This document shows, piece by piece, positions 14,757 through 29,366 of a stretch of 64,000 nucleotides of DNA; the first letter of the stretch is position 1, and each line of letters opens with the position of its first letter. Below the pieces are notes generated by a model, which saw nothing but the letters and a program-made list of their open reading frames with translations, ran no database searches and was not told the DNA's origin. The stretch comes from the human T2T-CHM13v2.0 reference genome, Homo sapiens, in the NCBI RefSeq assembly GCF_009914755.1, contig NC_060935.1, one strand, 5' to 3'. The translations under genes were made by a program, and so were the position numbers.

Positions 14757-15082
14757 TTTTTTTATTTTTTTATTATTTTTTTGAGATGAAGTCTTGCTCT
14801 TGTCCCCCAGGCTGGGGTGCGATGGCGCAATCTCAGCTCACTGCAGCCTCCGCCTCCTGGGGTTCAAGCGATTCTCCTGCCTCAGCCTCCCGAGTGGCTA
14901 GGATTACAGGCATGTGCCACCACGCCTGGCTAATTTTTTTTTTTTTTTTGTATTTTTAGTAGAGACAGGGTTTCACCATGTTGACCAGGCTGGCCTTAAA
15001 CTCCTGACCTCAGGTGGATCCGCCCACCTTGGCCTCCCACAGTGCTGGCTGGGATTACAGGCGGGAGCCACCGTGCCCGGCC
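14757..15082 (-). mobile_element. Alu (AluS-like)
   Basis: Full antisense dimer. Confidence 0.92.
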
Positions 15083-15298
15083 ACAAACTCTATTTTTAAA
15101 AGAGAAGAAACAATTGGGAATTTGAATGCAGACTGAATATTTGATATTAAGGAATTACTATTTTTTACATGTGATAGTGGTGTGGTGGTTTTATTTTTTA
15201 CAAAAGAGGCTTTTCTTTTCAAAACATACTGAAATATTTACTGACGAAAACCAAAAACAAAAAAAAATAGGGGCAAGCACTAAAATAATAGACGTGCA

Positions 15299-15571
15299 GG
15301 CCAGGTGTGGTGGCCCACACCTGTAATCCTAGTACTTTGGGAGGCTAAGGCAGGAGGATTGCTTGAGACCAGGAGTTTAAGACCCTGTCTCTACAAAATA
15401 ATTTTGAAATTAGCTGGGCATGGTGGCAGGCACCTGTAGTTCTAGCTACTGGGGAGGCTGAGGCAGGAGAATTGCATGAGCCCAGATGTTTGAGGTTACA
15501 GTGAGCTATGATAGTACCACCGCACTCCAGCATGGGTGACAGAGTGAGACCCTGTCTCAAAAAAAAAAAAG
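15299..15571 (+). mobile_element. Alu (AluJ-like)
   Basis: Sense dimer with A-tail. Confidence 0.9.
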
Positions 15572-15786
15572 AAATCTATAGTTACCAAACTTACAAATAA
15601 AAAAAGAGGATGTAGGAGGAGAGGAGAGAACATAGAAAAAGTATCTACTATGCAAATGCTAAGCAAAAGAAAGGTGATATGGATGTATTTATACAAGTTC
15701 ACAGTTCCTTATTTGAAATCATTGGGGCTATATATGTATTTAGGAATATGGTTTCTTGTTTTGGTTTTTTAATTTTAGAAATGTTA

Positions 15787-16098
15787 GGCCAGGCACAGTG
15801 GCTCACGCCTGTAATCCCAGCACTCTGGGGGGTCGAGGCGGGCAGATTGCTTGAGCCCGGGAGTTCGAGACCAACCTGGGCAGCATGGAGAAATGCTGTT
15901 TCTACCAAAAATAGAAAACTTAGCCAGCATGGTGGTGTGTGCCTATAGTCCCAGCTACTTGGGAGGCTGAGGTGGCAGGATCACCTGAGCCAGGGATGCT
16001 GAGGTTGAGTGAGCTGAGATTGCACCACACCACTGCACTCTAGCAGCCTGGGTCACATACCAAAACCAGGTCTCAAAAAACAAAACAAAAAAAAGAAA
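15787..16098 (+). mobile_element. Alu (AluJ-like)
   Basis: Sense dimer, agaaatgt on both sides. Confidence 0.9.
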
Positions 16099-17011
16099 TG
16101 TGATGGGCACAAATATTTTATATTTCATTCTACTTCTCAGGGCTATTTCAAACTCTACAATCAGATACATTAATATTTCTTTAGTGACATGTATGACCAT
16201 GCATGGTAAGAGTATAAAGACTGTAAAATGGCTTTCCATCAGGTTTTGTTGCCATGTGAATTTTAATGCAAAAAATTTTTTTAAAGCTTTAGGTTTTCAG
16301 AATTTTAGATTTACAATGGTAAAGAACAGTGGGCCTGTCTCAGGCAAAATAAGAGCCTAAAATAATTAATAGACAGATACTACTTGCTAACAACCTACCA
16401 AAAAATATAATATCGTATACTTGTATGTACCTAACAACTCGGCCTCATGGATATAAGTATGTTTATATCAAGACAGCAAAAACTAACAGAATTACATGAA
16501 AAGTCAACCAGAGGAAGCGATTTTGCAGATCTTTATCAGAAACTGATAAGTCCAACAAAAATACTATAAAATACAGGAGGTAACACCTTTGGATCTATAT
16601 ATATCTATATGTAGATGTATACAGCAAGACATAGAAAAAGAGATAGAGGGAGCGAGTATGCCCTAAATTGAACGAAGATAACATACAGTGTTTTCAAGTA
16701 GAATATTTACCAGAATTGACCACTGCCAGGATATAAAGGAAATAATTTACAAAGTTTTGTTATCATGCATAACATGTTCTCTGATCACAGTGCAATTAAG
16801 TTAAAAGAAATAAAATACACATACCCAGGAAAAAAGAGAGAAAACACAAATTTTTGAAAATCTTGAAGGCATTCTTAAATCACCCATGGTTTAAAGAGAA
16901 AACTCACAAAACTTTAGACTATGGTGGGAACACTTCATTTCAAAAATCCTGAAATGAAGCTTAGATATATTTAGATATGAATTTATAGAAAAATGCATTT
17001 ATTAAAATAAA

Positions 17012-17146
17012 TGGCACAGTAACTCACATTTGTAATCCCAGATACTTGGGAGGCTGAAGCGGGAAGATTGCTCGAGCCTAGGAGTTTGAGTCCAGACAGG
17101 ACAGCATAGCAAGAGCTTGTCTTTAAAAAGAAAAAAAAAAAAAAAG
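17012..17146 (+). mobile_element. FLAM Alu monomer
   Basis: Single left-type arm with A-tail. Confidence 0.8.
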
Positions 17147-17659
17147 ACTGAAAAGAAATGAGTTAAATATTCAACACGAGTTAGAAAACATAATAAACCA
17201 AATAACTAAAATAACCTAATATAAATATGGAAATAATATTATAAATAACATAAGAAATTAAACAGTCTCAAGAAAACAGTATTGTTTATTTAAAAAATAA
17301 ACCAAACTCTAGCAGCAAGGCTTACCAGAAAAAGAAATGACAGAAAAAAAGAAATGTTAGTGATGAAAAAGCAGATATCAGATAAAGATTTTTTAAACTA
17401 AAGACATAATTATTAATACTACAAAAACTAGACCAATATATTTGAAAACTTAGGTATAATGTAAGGTTTTAGAAAACATGAAATATAAAAATTGATTGAA
17501 TAAATGGGGAAAGGATAGACTTTTTATAAATGATATTAGGAAATTGATTGTCCATGTGGGAAAAAAATACCTTTCAATGTACAAAAAAAAAAAAATTTCC
17601 TATGCAGTTTAAAAATCTAAGTATGAAAAGTGAAACTTTTTACTAAAAAAAAATATTGA

Positions 17660-17940
17660 TAGTCATGCATTGCTTAACGTCAGGAATATGCTCTGAGAAA
17701 TGTGTTGTTAGGGGATTTCACCATTGTGGGAACATCATAGAGTGTACTTACACAAACCTAGGTGATAAAGCCTGTATAACATGTTACTGTACTGAATACT
17801 GTAGGCAGTTGTAACATAATGGTAAGTATTTGTATAACTAAGCATAAAAAAGGTACAGTAAAAATGTGGTATTATAATCTTATGAGACCACTGCTGGGGT
17901 CCCTTGTTAACCAAAAACATCTTTATGTGGTACTTGACTG
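17660..17940. mobile_element. Tigger3a/MER7-like DNA transposon
   Basis: agtcatgcattgcttaacg...tacttgactg-TA inverted termini. Confidence 0.8.
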
Positions 17941-18184
17941 TAGTTGATTGATGTAATTACGATCTCAGGTTTGGGAAGGATTTCTTAAATAAAACAAAGT
18001 ACAAACAATTAAGAAAACAGTTGATAAAGTTGCCCACCTTATAATTAAAAGTTTTTCTTCAAATGACAAAATTAAAAGATAAGCTACAAACTAAAAGCTG
18101 ATACTTGCCATGCATATAACTCATAGAGGATGAGTTTATAGAATTACTTTTTCCATAAATTTCTATAGATTAATTTCTTACGTA

Positions 18185-18500
18185 TGTATGTATTTATTTA
18201 TTTATTTATTTATTCATTTTTGTGAGACAGGGTCTCACTCTTGCCCCAGCTGGAAAGCAGGTAGGATGATCATTGCTCACTATAACCTCATTGCCTGGGC
18301 TCAAGCAGTCCTCCTACCTCAGCTTCTCCAGTAGCTAGGACTACAGGCAAGCACCACCATCATACTTGGCTAACTTTGTTTCATGGGGATGGGGTCTCGC
18401 AGTATTGCCAGGCTGGTTTCAAACTCCTGAACTCAAGTGATCCTCTAGGCTTGGACTCCCAAAATGCTAAGATTATAGGCACAAGCCACCACGCCAATCC
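18185..18500 (-). mobile_element. Alu (AluJ-like, degenerate)
   Basis: (ATTT)n tail then antisense dimer. Confidence 0.85.
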
Positions 18501-18652
18501 TACTAATCAGTTTTTTAAAGAAGAAAAGCTATTGGGGGGAAAAAATAAGCAAACTTAAACAGTTAATTCACAAAATATCTCATAAACATATGAAAATATG
18601 TTCAATCTTATTAAATATTATTCTATTGGTTGATATAGTCCATATTTTATAG

Positions 18653-19275
18653 TGTATTAGTCAGCTTTTGCATTGGCAACAAATAGCCCGCAGAACCTCA
18701 GTGCTGTTCTCATGAAGGAAAGTGAAGGCTCAAGGAAGAACAACCAAATAATATAAGCCTGGTTAAAGTTTCTACTGAGAAGTGACATACACCATCTTTA
18801 CTCACATTCCATTGGCCAAAGCAAGTCATGTGGCCATGCCTTGAAGTCAGTAGGGCAGGATAGCATATCTCCATGAAAAGTGTGGAGGGAATAATTGGAA
18901 ACAGATCATAGGCTCTGTCCCCATTAATAATAACCCCAAAAATCTTAATGGCATAAACAATAAGGTCATGCTAAGTGATCATTTGGGGCTCTGTTGGGGA
19001 TCTGTACCATGTCACTGTGATCCATAAGACAGGACCTAGGCCGACAGAGCAGCCTCTGTCTGTAATTTTGGCATTCTCAGTAGCTGAGGGAAAAAGAAAG
19101 AACATGGTGAAGCACACACTAACTCTATAAAACCTTTCCTATAAAAGGGTCACATGGGACTTATGTTACATTGGCCAAAGCAAGTCATGTTGCCCAAGCC
19201 TGAGTCCAGCAAAAACAGTGATGTATCATGTAAGGAGGGGCAGGATATTAGTGAATAGTAATACAGTCCATCACA
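18653..19275. mobile_element. Two adjacent ancient MaLR/MLT1-type LTR fragments
   Basis: Both contain cattggccaaagcaagtcatgt; first begins tgtattagtcagc. Confidence 0.55.
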
Positions 19276-19960
19276 ATAACATAGTCTACTACCATAATAA
19301 ATATAACAAAATAATGTTTCATACCTATTTGATTGGCATAAGTTAAAAAGTATGACAAAACCAAACATTGCTAAGATTCTGGGGATATAGGTGTTATGAT
19401 CTACTGGGACAATTCTAATTGTTATAATCACTGTGAAAAGCAGATTGACACGTCTATATAAAACTGAAAATGTGCATCCCATATGACCCCCATATTTCTG
19501 CCCTTGCTAGAATTTTTCACATGTATACAAGGAGACATTTATAAGAATATAGTAGCATTTTTAATAGCAAAGAAAGTTTTTCTTAAAGAAGCAACATAAA
19601 TGTTTACAGGAAAATGGATAAATACATATTTATACATCCATTTAAATGAAAAATTTAGAGCTATCCTGACTAATGTAGATAAATCTCAAAAACATACATA
19701 CTTTTTTTAAGTTGTAGATACATTAAGTATGATACCATTTATATAAAATTTTAAAACTTACAAAGCAATGCTGTATTTTGATTTTTGATACACATATAAT
19801 GAAAGTAATATTTTAGGAGAGTAAGAGTAATGTAGTATTTTATACAAATATTTATAAAAATATACATGGAAATGACACATAAATTCAGATTAATTATAAG
19901 AAGTTAGAGATTTAGAAGACATTAAAGAATACCTTGAACTCCCTTTTTTTTTTTCTTTTA

Positions 19961-20668
<708 letters not shown>

Positions 20669-21069
20669 TTATGGTTGACAGGAATTAACTGGAATACCCA
20701 GGTACCAATAGCAACATGTACTATGTCTTGAAGGATTGAAACAACCTGACAGGTTTGTTTTCACTGCAGAGCCATTTTGTGCCAGGAAAGTTAAGTTAGT
20801 AGATGTGCTTCGTGGGTAGTCAGAAATCATCTTATGAAGGCCCATGTGTGTCAGTATGATAAATGTTGTGTTCTGTTACTTTCTGTATGTGGACATCTTT
20901 TTTGAGAAGCTTGTGTATGTTGACTAAGTTAACTAAGGGCATTTTCAGAATTCTTGTCTTCCTACATAGAGGATTCTGACTTCTTCAGCTCAGATTCCCC
21001 TTTCTCTTCAATGGTAGTTAGACTAAAATATTAGAAGAATCCATTCTGTTCTTACTTTCTTCTCAACAG

Positions 21070-21239
21070 AAACAATTAGTTGCTCAAAAAATTCACATAG
21101 AAGAGAATGAGGACAGAGACACAGGACTGGAACAGAGACATAATAAAGAAGACCCAGACTGCATCAAAGCCAAGGTGCCCTTAGGGGACCTGGATCTATA
21201 TGATGGCACATACATAACTTTGGAGAGCAAAGACATCAG
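21070..21239 (+). CDS. TTC17: TTC17 exon 3 (170 nt, phase 0-2): KQLVAQKIHIEENED...TYITLESKDI(S)
   Basis: ctttcttctcaacag|AAACAA acceptor, CAG|gtaaag donor. Confidence 0.95.
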
Positions 21240-21442
21240 GTAAAGAAGTTCTCTTTCCAAAAATAAAATTGCTGTTTCAAACATTTCCTTTCTCAAATTA
21301 GTAAGAAATTATTTCTGTAATAAGGGTAAGCTTCAATCACAGATGAGTTTTCGAATTTGAAAATTCAAAATACATACTACATGTAGAATTCTTATAAATT
21401 AATTTAAAATATTTAACACCACAGTAGAAAATGGAACAACTT

Positions 21443-21750
21443 GGCTGGGCGTGGTGCCTCACACCTATAATCCCAGTACTTTGTGAGGCCAAGGCGGGAA
21501 GATTGCCAACAGCCAGGAGTTTGAGACAAGGCTGGGCAATATAGCGAGACCCCATCTCTACAAAAAAAAATGTTAAAAATTAGCCAGGCATGGTGGTGTG
21601 CACTTGTAGTTGTAGCTACTCAGGAGGCTAAACTGAGAGGATCACTTGAGCCCAAGAATTCAAGGTTACAGTGAGCTATGATGGTGCCACTCTACCCTAG
21701 CCCAGACTCCAGGCTGGGTGACAGAGTGAGACCCTGTCTCTTAAAAAAAA
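21443..21750 (+). mobile_element. Alu (AluJ-like)
   Basis: Sense dimer. Confidence 0.9.
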
Positions 21751-22146
<396 letters not shown>

Positions 22147-22534
22147 CTATGGCCAATAAACATGGAAAAAAATTTCTCAGAAATTATCAAAAAAGTACAA
22201 ATGAAAACATTTAGATAGTTTTCATCTACCAAAATGGAAAGCATATCAAAAAAATAGTAACTGGTAAAAATGTAGAGAGACTGTCAGTGGAAGTATAAAT
22301 TGGTTTAACGTTTCTAGACAATTGAGCAGTTGTATTAGTTATTAAAAAGTCCATGATCTTATTCTGTGACCTATCTACTATTTTCCCTGTGATTCTTGAC
22401 TTTAATTCAAACTCCCAAAATGTTTGACTCTTCATGGCAGCTATGTGAAAAGGTATGAATATTGACTAACAATTGTGTAAAGTTGAGATGCTATGAGAAT
22501 ATGGGGAAAATTTGACATTTCTTAAAGTATTATT

Positions 22535-22833
<299 letters not shown>

Positions 22834-22882
22834 TATTGTTTATCTCACCTTTTATTCATTCATTGCTTCTTTTTGATTTTAG

Positions 22883-22994
22883 TCCTGAAGATTATATAGA
22901 CACAGAATCTCCTGTCCCTCCAGACCCAGAGCAACCTGATTGTACTAAAATTCTAGAACTTCCATATAGTATACATGCTTTTCAGCACTTGAGA
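22883..22994 (+). CDS. TTC17: TTC17 exon 4 (112 nt, phase 2-0): PEDYIDTESPVPPDPEQPDC...HAFQHLR
   Basis: ttttgattttag|TCCTGA acceptor, AGA|gtaagt donor. Confidence 0.95.
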
Positions 22995-23234
22995 GTAAGT
23001 AGAGAACTTTAGGATTTTTTTTTTTTTTGCGTTCTTCTTTCAGTTGGTCTCTCACTTATAAAGACCATTTCTCTTTCTTCTCTCCTTCCTGACAGCTTTG
23101 TAATTTTATAGACATCTCTTATTTCTTAAAATTCCAAAATATTAGTATTTCAAAATAAACACTACAAGATACTGAATTATTTGTCATCTTTTATATCCTT
23201 TGATATGTCTTTTGAATCTTTTTCTTCTCTTCAG

Positions 23235-23366
23235 GGTGTACAGGAGAGAGTTAATCTTTCTGCACCTCTGCTACCTAAAGAAGACCCAATCTTCACATAT
23301 TTATCTAAACGGTTAGGAAGGAGTATAGATGACATAGGTCACCTCATTCATGAAGGCCTACAGAAG
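23235..23366 (+). CDS. TTC17: TTC17 exon 5 (132 nt, phase 0-0): GVQERVNLSAP...IGHLIHEGLQK
   Basis: ttctcttcag|GGTGTA acceptor, AAG|gtaagt donor; lies within ORF 23181..23402. Confidence 0.95.
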
Positions 23367-23387
23367 GTAAGTCATCAGTCACTTAAA

Positions 23388-23413
23388 GAGCCAGCGGGCT
23401 GAGCCAGCGGGCT
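23388..23413. repeat. Perfect 13-bp tandem duplication (gagccagcgggct x2)
   Basis: Directly visible. Confidence 0.95.
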
Positions 23414-24422
23414 CTGTGTAAACAGAAGATATTTTTATCTTGGAAAATACCTGACTAATTTGTTTTTATCTAGAAGACGATTTAAAATTACACTTACATT
23501 GATGCAAATTGCATAGTTCAGTGCTGGGGAGAAATATGGATAGACTAGTCTCCTTTCCCAGGAAGAGATGCTGGAAAGTTTTATCTAAACTGATGAAAAA
23601 CGAAATATAAACTGACATAAGCAACAGCGTTTATAGGCTGGATTATATACATTGTGTAAGTAAGAAAGTTAATGTTTTAGTGTCGTTAATATATCTATAC
23701 ACAATACATGTATTATTACTGTTTTCTGAGACAGAAAAAGAATCACCACCAGCAACAAAATCTTCTGTAACTTTCTTTTAAGAGACTATCTACTTTAAAA
23801 AAAATGAAATAGGGAATTATGTAACAGGACCCAGGAATGTAAATGTATCATTCAGGATTAACGTGGGCATTTAGAAAATGTTTTTGCTATTCTTTGTGCC
23901 TAAAGAGTATCATAAAATGCAGTTTAGTTTCTAAGCAGTATTATAGTGGTATAAAATAAGATGTATAATTGCCACCTTTGTATACAGTTTTTTCAAATAC
24001 ATAGCTTTGTATATTGAGAGGAATTTTCAGATAAAAGTCCGATAATAACTTGACTTTCAGATGCTTTATATGGTTATTTCTGTAGCTGTGTTACCATCTT
24101 CATCTTATTTTTCTGAAGGTAATGTAAAACTTTTACATTCCCAGAACTTGATGAGTAATAAGAGAAAACTGGCCCAGGATTTTACAGTGTCCTTCAGAGA
24201 ATGGTTAGTTGAGAGTAGACCATAGTGGTAAGTGTTCTATAGAAAATTAAAACAGAAAGTAACTGGGTGGCTACTTTAGATCTAGCAGTTGGGGTTATCC
24301 TATCCGGAAACGTGAAATTTAAGCTGACACCTGAATCATAAGAAGAAACCAAAATTCAAAGACCACGGAAGAGCATTCTAAGCCACAGCAAAGGCTCTGA
24401 ATCCTGATTGAGGTTAGGTGGT

Positions 24423-25570
24423 TGTATTTGTCTGCTCAGGCTTCCATAACAAAGTACCACTTTGGACCGTTTCTGCTCAAAACACTTCTGACACCAAATG
24501 TATGGAGTTTTTTCTCACACGACTAATTCGGTAGTTCTCCCGACATCAACTAGGTGTTCTACAACTCAATACAATTCTGACACTAACTACCTGGAGTTAG
24601 CACAGACCCCACAGGTCAAGGACTCAGTCCCACAAGGCTACCTGCACTTCAGATGCCAGTCGCAAGTCAAGGCCACCAGACAAATTAGCTATAAAGTCAG
24701 GGTGTTCCCACAGCTGCCTCCCCAAGTTAGAACAGCTCACGGAAGTCAGGAAAGCACTTTACCTACTATTATTGGTTTATTGTAAAGGATGCAATTCAGG
24801 AACAGCCAAAGGCATAAGCCAGGGAATAGGGGGAAGGGGTGCACAGAGCTTCCATGTCCTCTCCAGAACACCACCCTCCTAGAATCTCAATGTGTTCACC
24901 AACCCAGAAGCTCTCAAAACTCTGTTGTTTAAGGGTTTCTACGGAGGTTTCACTATGTAAGCATTATTGACTAAAGTATTGGCCATGAGTGATGAACTCA
25001 ATCTCTACTCTCTCTCCCCTCCCCGAAGGACAGGGGGAGGATGGGATTCTGAAAGATCTAACCCTCTGATCATGCCTTGGCTTTTCTGGGACCAGCATCT
25101 GTCCTGAAGCTATCTGGGGGCCACCTGCCTCCAGTCATCCCATTAGCATATGAAAGACACACATTACTCCTGTGATTCTTCAAGTTTTAGGTTTGTGTGT
25201 CAGGAACTAGGGACAAAGACCAAATATATTTGTTCTTACCACATACTAGGTGGCTTAAATTTATTTCTCATAGTCTGGAGGCTGGGAAGTCTAAGATCAA
25301 GGTCCCAGTGATTTGGTTCCTGGTGAGGGCTCTCTTCCTGCCTTGCATATGGCTGCCTTCTCTCCGTGTCCTCACATGGCCTCATCTGTGTGCATGCTTG
25401 AAGACAGAGAGAGATCTGTCTCTTCCATTTCTTATAAGGACACTTATAGGAAGAAATCAAATTTGGGCCCCAATCCTTATGACTTCATTTAGCCTTTATC
25501 CACTCCTCACAGGCCTGATAACACTTGAACATATGAACTTTGAGGAGACATAGACTTTCAGTCCGTAACA
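24423..25570 (-). mobile_element. MLT1A/B-type LTR interrupted by MER21
   Basis: tgtatttgtctgctcaggcttccataacaaagtaccac continues as tactaggtggcttaaa...tctggaggctgggaagtctaagatcaagg...cagtccgtaaca. Confidence 0.8.
24461..25243 (-). mobile_element. MER21-family LTR nested in MLT1
   Basis: caattctgacactaactacctggagttagcacagaccccacagg...gacaaagaccaaatatattt; homologous to 2547-3291. Confidence 0.8.
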
Positions 25571-25589
25571 GGTGGCATGCAGCCAAATT

Positions 25590-26370
25590 CAGGCCAATAT
25601 TGCTGGAGCCTGGTGAGCAAGAGGAAGGATGATAAGGAATGAAGCCAGAGAAGTAGGCCAGTGCCAGATTATGTAAGGGTCTGAAATCCAGGGTAAGGAT
25701 TTTGGATTTTACTCCAAGTGTGCTGAGAAGTTGGAGCAGAGAAGCAATGTATTGCAATTAATAGTTGAAAAGATCACTTTGATTACTATATGAAGAAGTT
25801 ATTGAAGGGGCCACAACTGGAAATAGACCTGTTAGAAAACTGTTGCAGTAGTTCAAGAGAGAGATGAAGGTGGTTTGGACTAGCAATTGTTAGTAGTGGA
25901 AATGAGAGGACTTGAACTATTCAGGAGATATTTAGGAGTTTAGAAGCAGATGAGTTAGATATGGGGATTGAAGGCAAAAGAGGAATCAAGGAAAACTTAA
26001 ATTTTTGACTTGAACAACTAGAAGGAAGAGAGGGTTGGGGTGGGAGAAGAGAAAATAAGAGTTCTATTTGGGCCATGTTAAATTCGAAATACCTATATGA
26101 GTTTGGAATTTCAGGGAAAGTTAGAGTTGGGCACATAGAGATTAATTATTAAATAATGAATATCTGAAGCCATGGAACTGGATGAAGTCATCTGGGGAAG
26201 AGTGAAGTTTGAGAAGAAGCCAGTCTGACTCCTGGGTGCCTCCCACATGTAGTTATCAAGCAGAGGGGGAAAGCCAGCAAAAAAGACCAGAAAGGGTATC
26301 CTGCAGAATGTGGTGTCCTAAGAGTCAATGGCAGAAAGTGGTCAAAGAAAGGAGGGAGTAGTTCACAGTA
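25590..26370 (-). mobile_element. L2 fragment (continues from about 24200-24400)
   Basis: aaagatcactttg...gttgcagtagttcaagagagagatgaaggtggtttggactag pattern. Confidence 0.65.
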
Positions 26371-26433
26371 ACATTAGAACATTTATAGATTTGGGGGAGA
26401 TTTTATGAGAACTACACAAAGATATTTCTTTAA

Positions 26434-26813
<380 letters not shown>

Positions 26814-28122
26814 TCATGTAGAACTTTTAATTGAACTTTTTGTCCCCGTTTACATTATAATGTGAAAATAAAAGATGAAAATCAAAATGAAAGCATTTGT
26901 TGATTTGAAAAACAACTTTCTCAAAAGGCCATCAAAAAGAAAACTGAAACCTCGGCCACAAGTCAGTTGTGAAGAATGTACTGTCCTTTAACCAGCTTCA
27001 AGTAGAAGTTCATAGTTGATCTGCTCATAGTGTTAAAATCTGTAATTGCATCACTCAAAAATCACATACTTTTCTTGAAGATAGAATACTTAAGGATGAA
27101 TAATGCAGGATTGTACTTATTGTAGTCTTAAAAAGCTACGTTTAACTAAATTCAAACTATTTTTAACTACATTAAAATAACTCTTTTAAAAATAATTGGT
27201 CCTTGTGAAAGAGTCACTGAAAATCTATAAAAGAAAGTAAAATTAATAATTTCAAAACTGGTTTGTAATATATTCTTTTGGAGTTTGATTTTTACACAGC
27301 TTTATAGTTAAAACGTAATTATTCCCCATAGGATACATTTTTAATAGTAGAATTGTGGGAGTCAAAGGGTAAATGTAATATACATTAATATGTATGATAA
27401 TGTAATATACATTACATTTTTAAAGCTTTTTACATACATGTCAAATTGTCCCCCAGAAATGCTATAGTAACTTAGCATTTCTATAGTTTAATATCTAAAG
27501 TTAATAATATTCAGTAAGTATTGGCTTTCTTTTTAGTCTTTGCCACTTTGTAAAAGGAAAACTTGTATCTTTTAAGTTTCTATTTCTTTGTGAAGTTACA
27601 CATTTTACATACTTCTTAGCTGTTTGTTCATGTTTTTGGCCCTTTTTCCTTTTTTTTTTTCTGTCTTTATGTTTAGAGTAAGCCTGTTGGTTTGTGCCTT
27701 CACTCAGATATTACATAAATAGAAAAAATTCTAAAATGTTAATTTCAGGAATTTCATGTTAGAGCTATTTCTAAGTAGATGAGGTCTTCTGACTTAACTT
27801 CTGAAGTCCTGAAATAGAGCTCAACAAGTTGTGATCAGTTGGTGGGATTTTTCTTATTTCCCTCTTGGAATAAGCTGGAGTTGGATGGTCTCTATATGAA
27901 GATCACACCCTAATGCACGTGCTCAGCTGATGATTAGAATGCTCTTCTGACAGGTATAGTTTCTTTGCACTGTGTCCTGTTCTTTATCATTGCTTATCAT
28001 TCAGTCTGGCTCTTCTTCATCTTGAATTTCAGAAGAGCCAGAATATTAAAGGTGCTCCTTTTGAGTATTCTAAGTTAAACTGTCTTGAGTCGTGTTTGTA
28101 ATTTTACTTTTTTAATCTCTAG

Positions 28123-28232
28123 AACACTTCCTCGTGGGTACTGTATAACATGGCTTCATTTTACTGGAGAATTAAGAATGAGCCATATCAGGTAGTAGAA
28201 TGTGCCATGCGAGCACTTCACTTCTCTTCCAG
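28123..28232 (+). CDS. TTC17: TTC17 exon 6 (110 nt, phase 0-2): NTSSWVLYNMASFYWRIKNEPYQVVECAMRALHFSS(R)
   Basis: tttaatctctag|AACACT acceptor, CAG|gtaaga donor; TPR-like helix pair. Confidence 0.95.
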
Positions 28233-28760
28233 GTAAGATTCCTCCTCTTCTGGACCTGATTTTCCACATTCCTCAGGACTGTTAAAGAAACAATACATAA
28301 GAAAGCAGTAAGAAGCAACATTGCATTATATACTTTTCTCCATCCCTGTTCAAAGAAATAAGTCCCACCACAAAAAAAAAAAAAAAATCACAGATCTCAA
28401 AAAGTTCAAAGTGATAATTGTGTAATATACTTTCCATTTCCATTAAGGAAAAAATATGTAGATGCCCTATGATTCACATGATACTTGAATGGAATTATCA
28501 TAAACTAAGTTTAACTTTTCTTAAAGCAAATATAAGCCCTAAATAAATTGTAAAATCATACAGTGTCTGCAATACCTTATTTTAGTGACAAAATTTGTAG
28601 CTATCAGATTAAGAGCCATCAATAATTTAAAAATGAAACACTATGATTATCTTATTTTCTCCACCTATATCTTAGTTTCCTAAGCACAAGTAACTTTGAA
28701 TGTCATTTTTCCTTGTCAAGTGGTTCTACATAATCATGGAATATGTGCTGCTTTCCTTAG

Positions 28761-28905
28761 GCACAATAAAGACATTGCCCTGGTCAACCTGGCAAACGTT
28801 CTACACAGAGCACACTTCTCTGCTGATGCTGCTGTCGTGGTCCATGCAGCTCTGGATGACAGTGACTTCTTCACCAGCTATTACACTTTGGGGAATATAT
28901 ATGCA
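28761..28905 (+). CDS. TTC17: TTC17 exon 7 (145 nt, phase 2-0): HNKDIALVNLANVLHRAH...YYTLGNIYA
   Basis: ctttccttag|GCACAA acceptor, GCA|gtaagt donor; lies within ORF 28696..28983. Confidence 0.95.
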
Positions 28906-29312
28906 GTAAGTACTACTCTTTGTTTCATGAGTCATGCTAGTTGCCACTTTCTTTTTTTTTTTTTTTTTCTCCCCCCTCAGTAGAATGTTACTTTTTTCCA
29001 TTCCTTTTTTGGTCTGAACGATGGAAATGAAATTAGGAGGAAGAAAAATCCTCAACACAGTAATGTAATTATTCTAGCCTCTTGCCAAAAAAACAATAGT
29101 AATAATTAAATTGGAATTTTAAACTTCTACAGGGTACACCTTTTAAGGTTAGCAATACCTGCCAACTAAACCATCCTATAGTATGCCTTAATATTGTAGG
29201 GATCTGGTCACTGATCAAAATAATGGTCACTGTAGAGTAAGAGGTAGGTGTGATCTCATAAATCATTAGAGGATTTGGACAGATGCAACCAGGCCGTGGC
29301 TAACATTTTTTT

Positions 29313-29316
<4 letters not shown>

Positions 29317-29362
<46 letters not shown>
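29317..29362. repeat. (GT)23 microsatellite in the 3' splice-site region of intron 7
   Basis: Directly visible; ends 22 nt before exon 8. Confidence 0.95.

Positions 29363-29366
<4 letters not shown>

Larger units (their letters stand above)
16340..19900 (+). mobile_element. Fragmented ancient L1 (L1M) with younger insertions
   Basis: A-rich strand with L1 ORF2/3' UTR-like motifs (tgttctctgatcacagtgcaattaagtta; aaacatatgaaaatatgttcaatc); boundaries approximate. Confidence 0.55.

Noticed and set aside
21093-21296. Minus-strand ORFs overlapping exons 3 and 7
   Set aside because: Antisense shadows of coding exons; no independent gene evidence.
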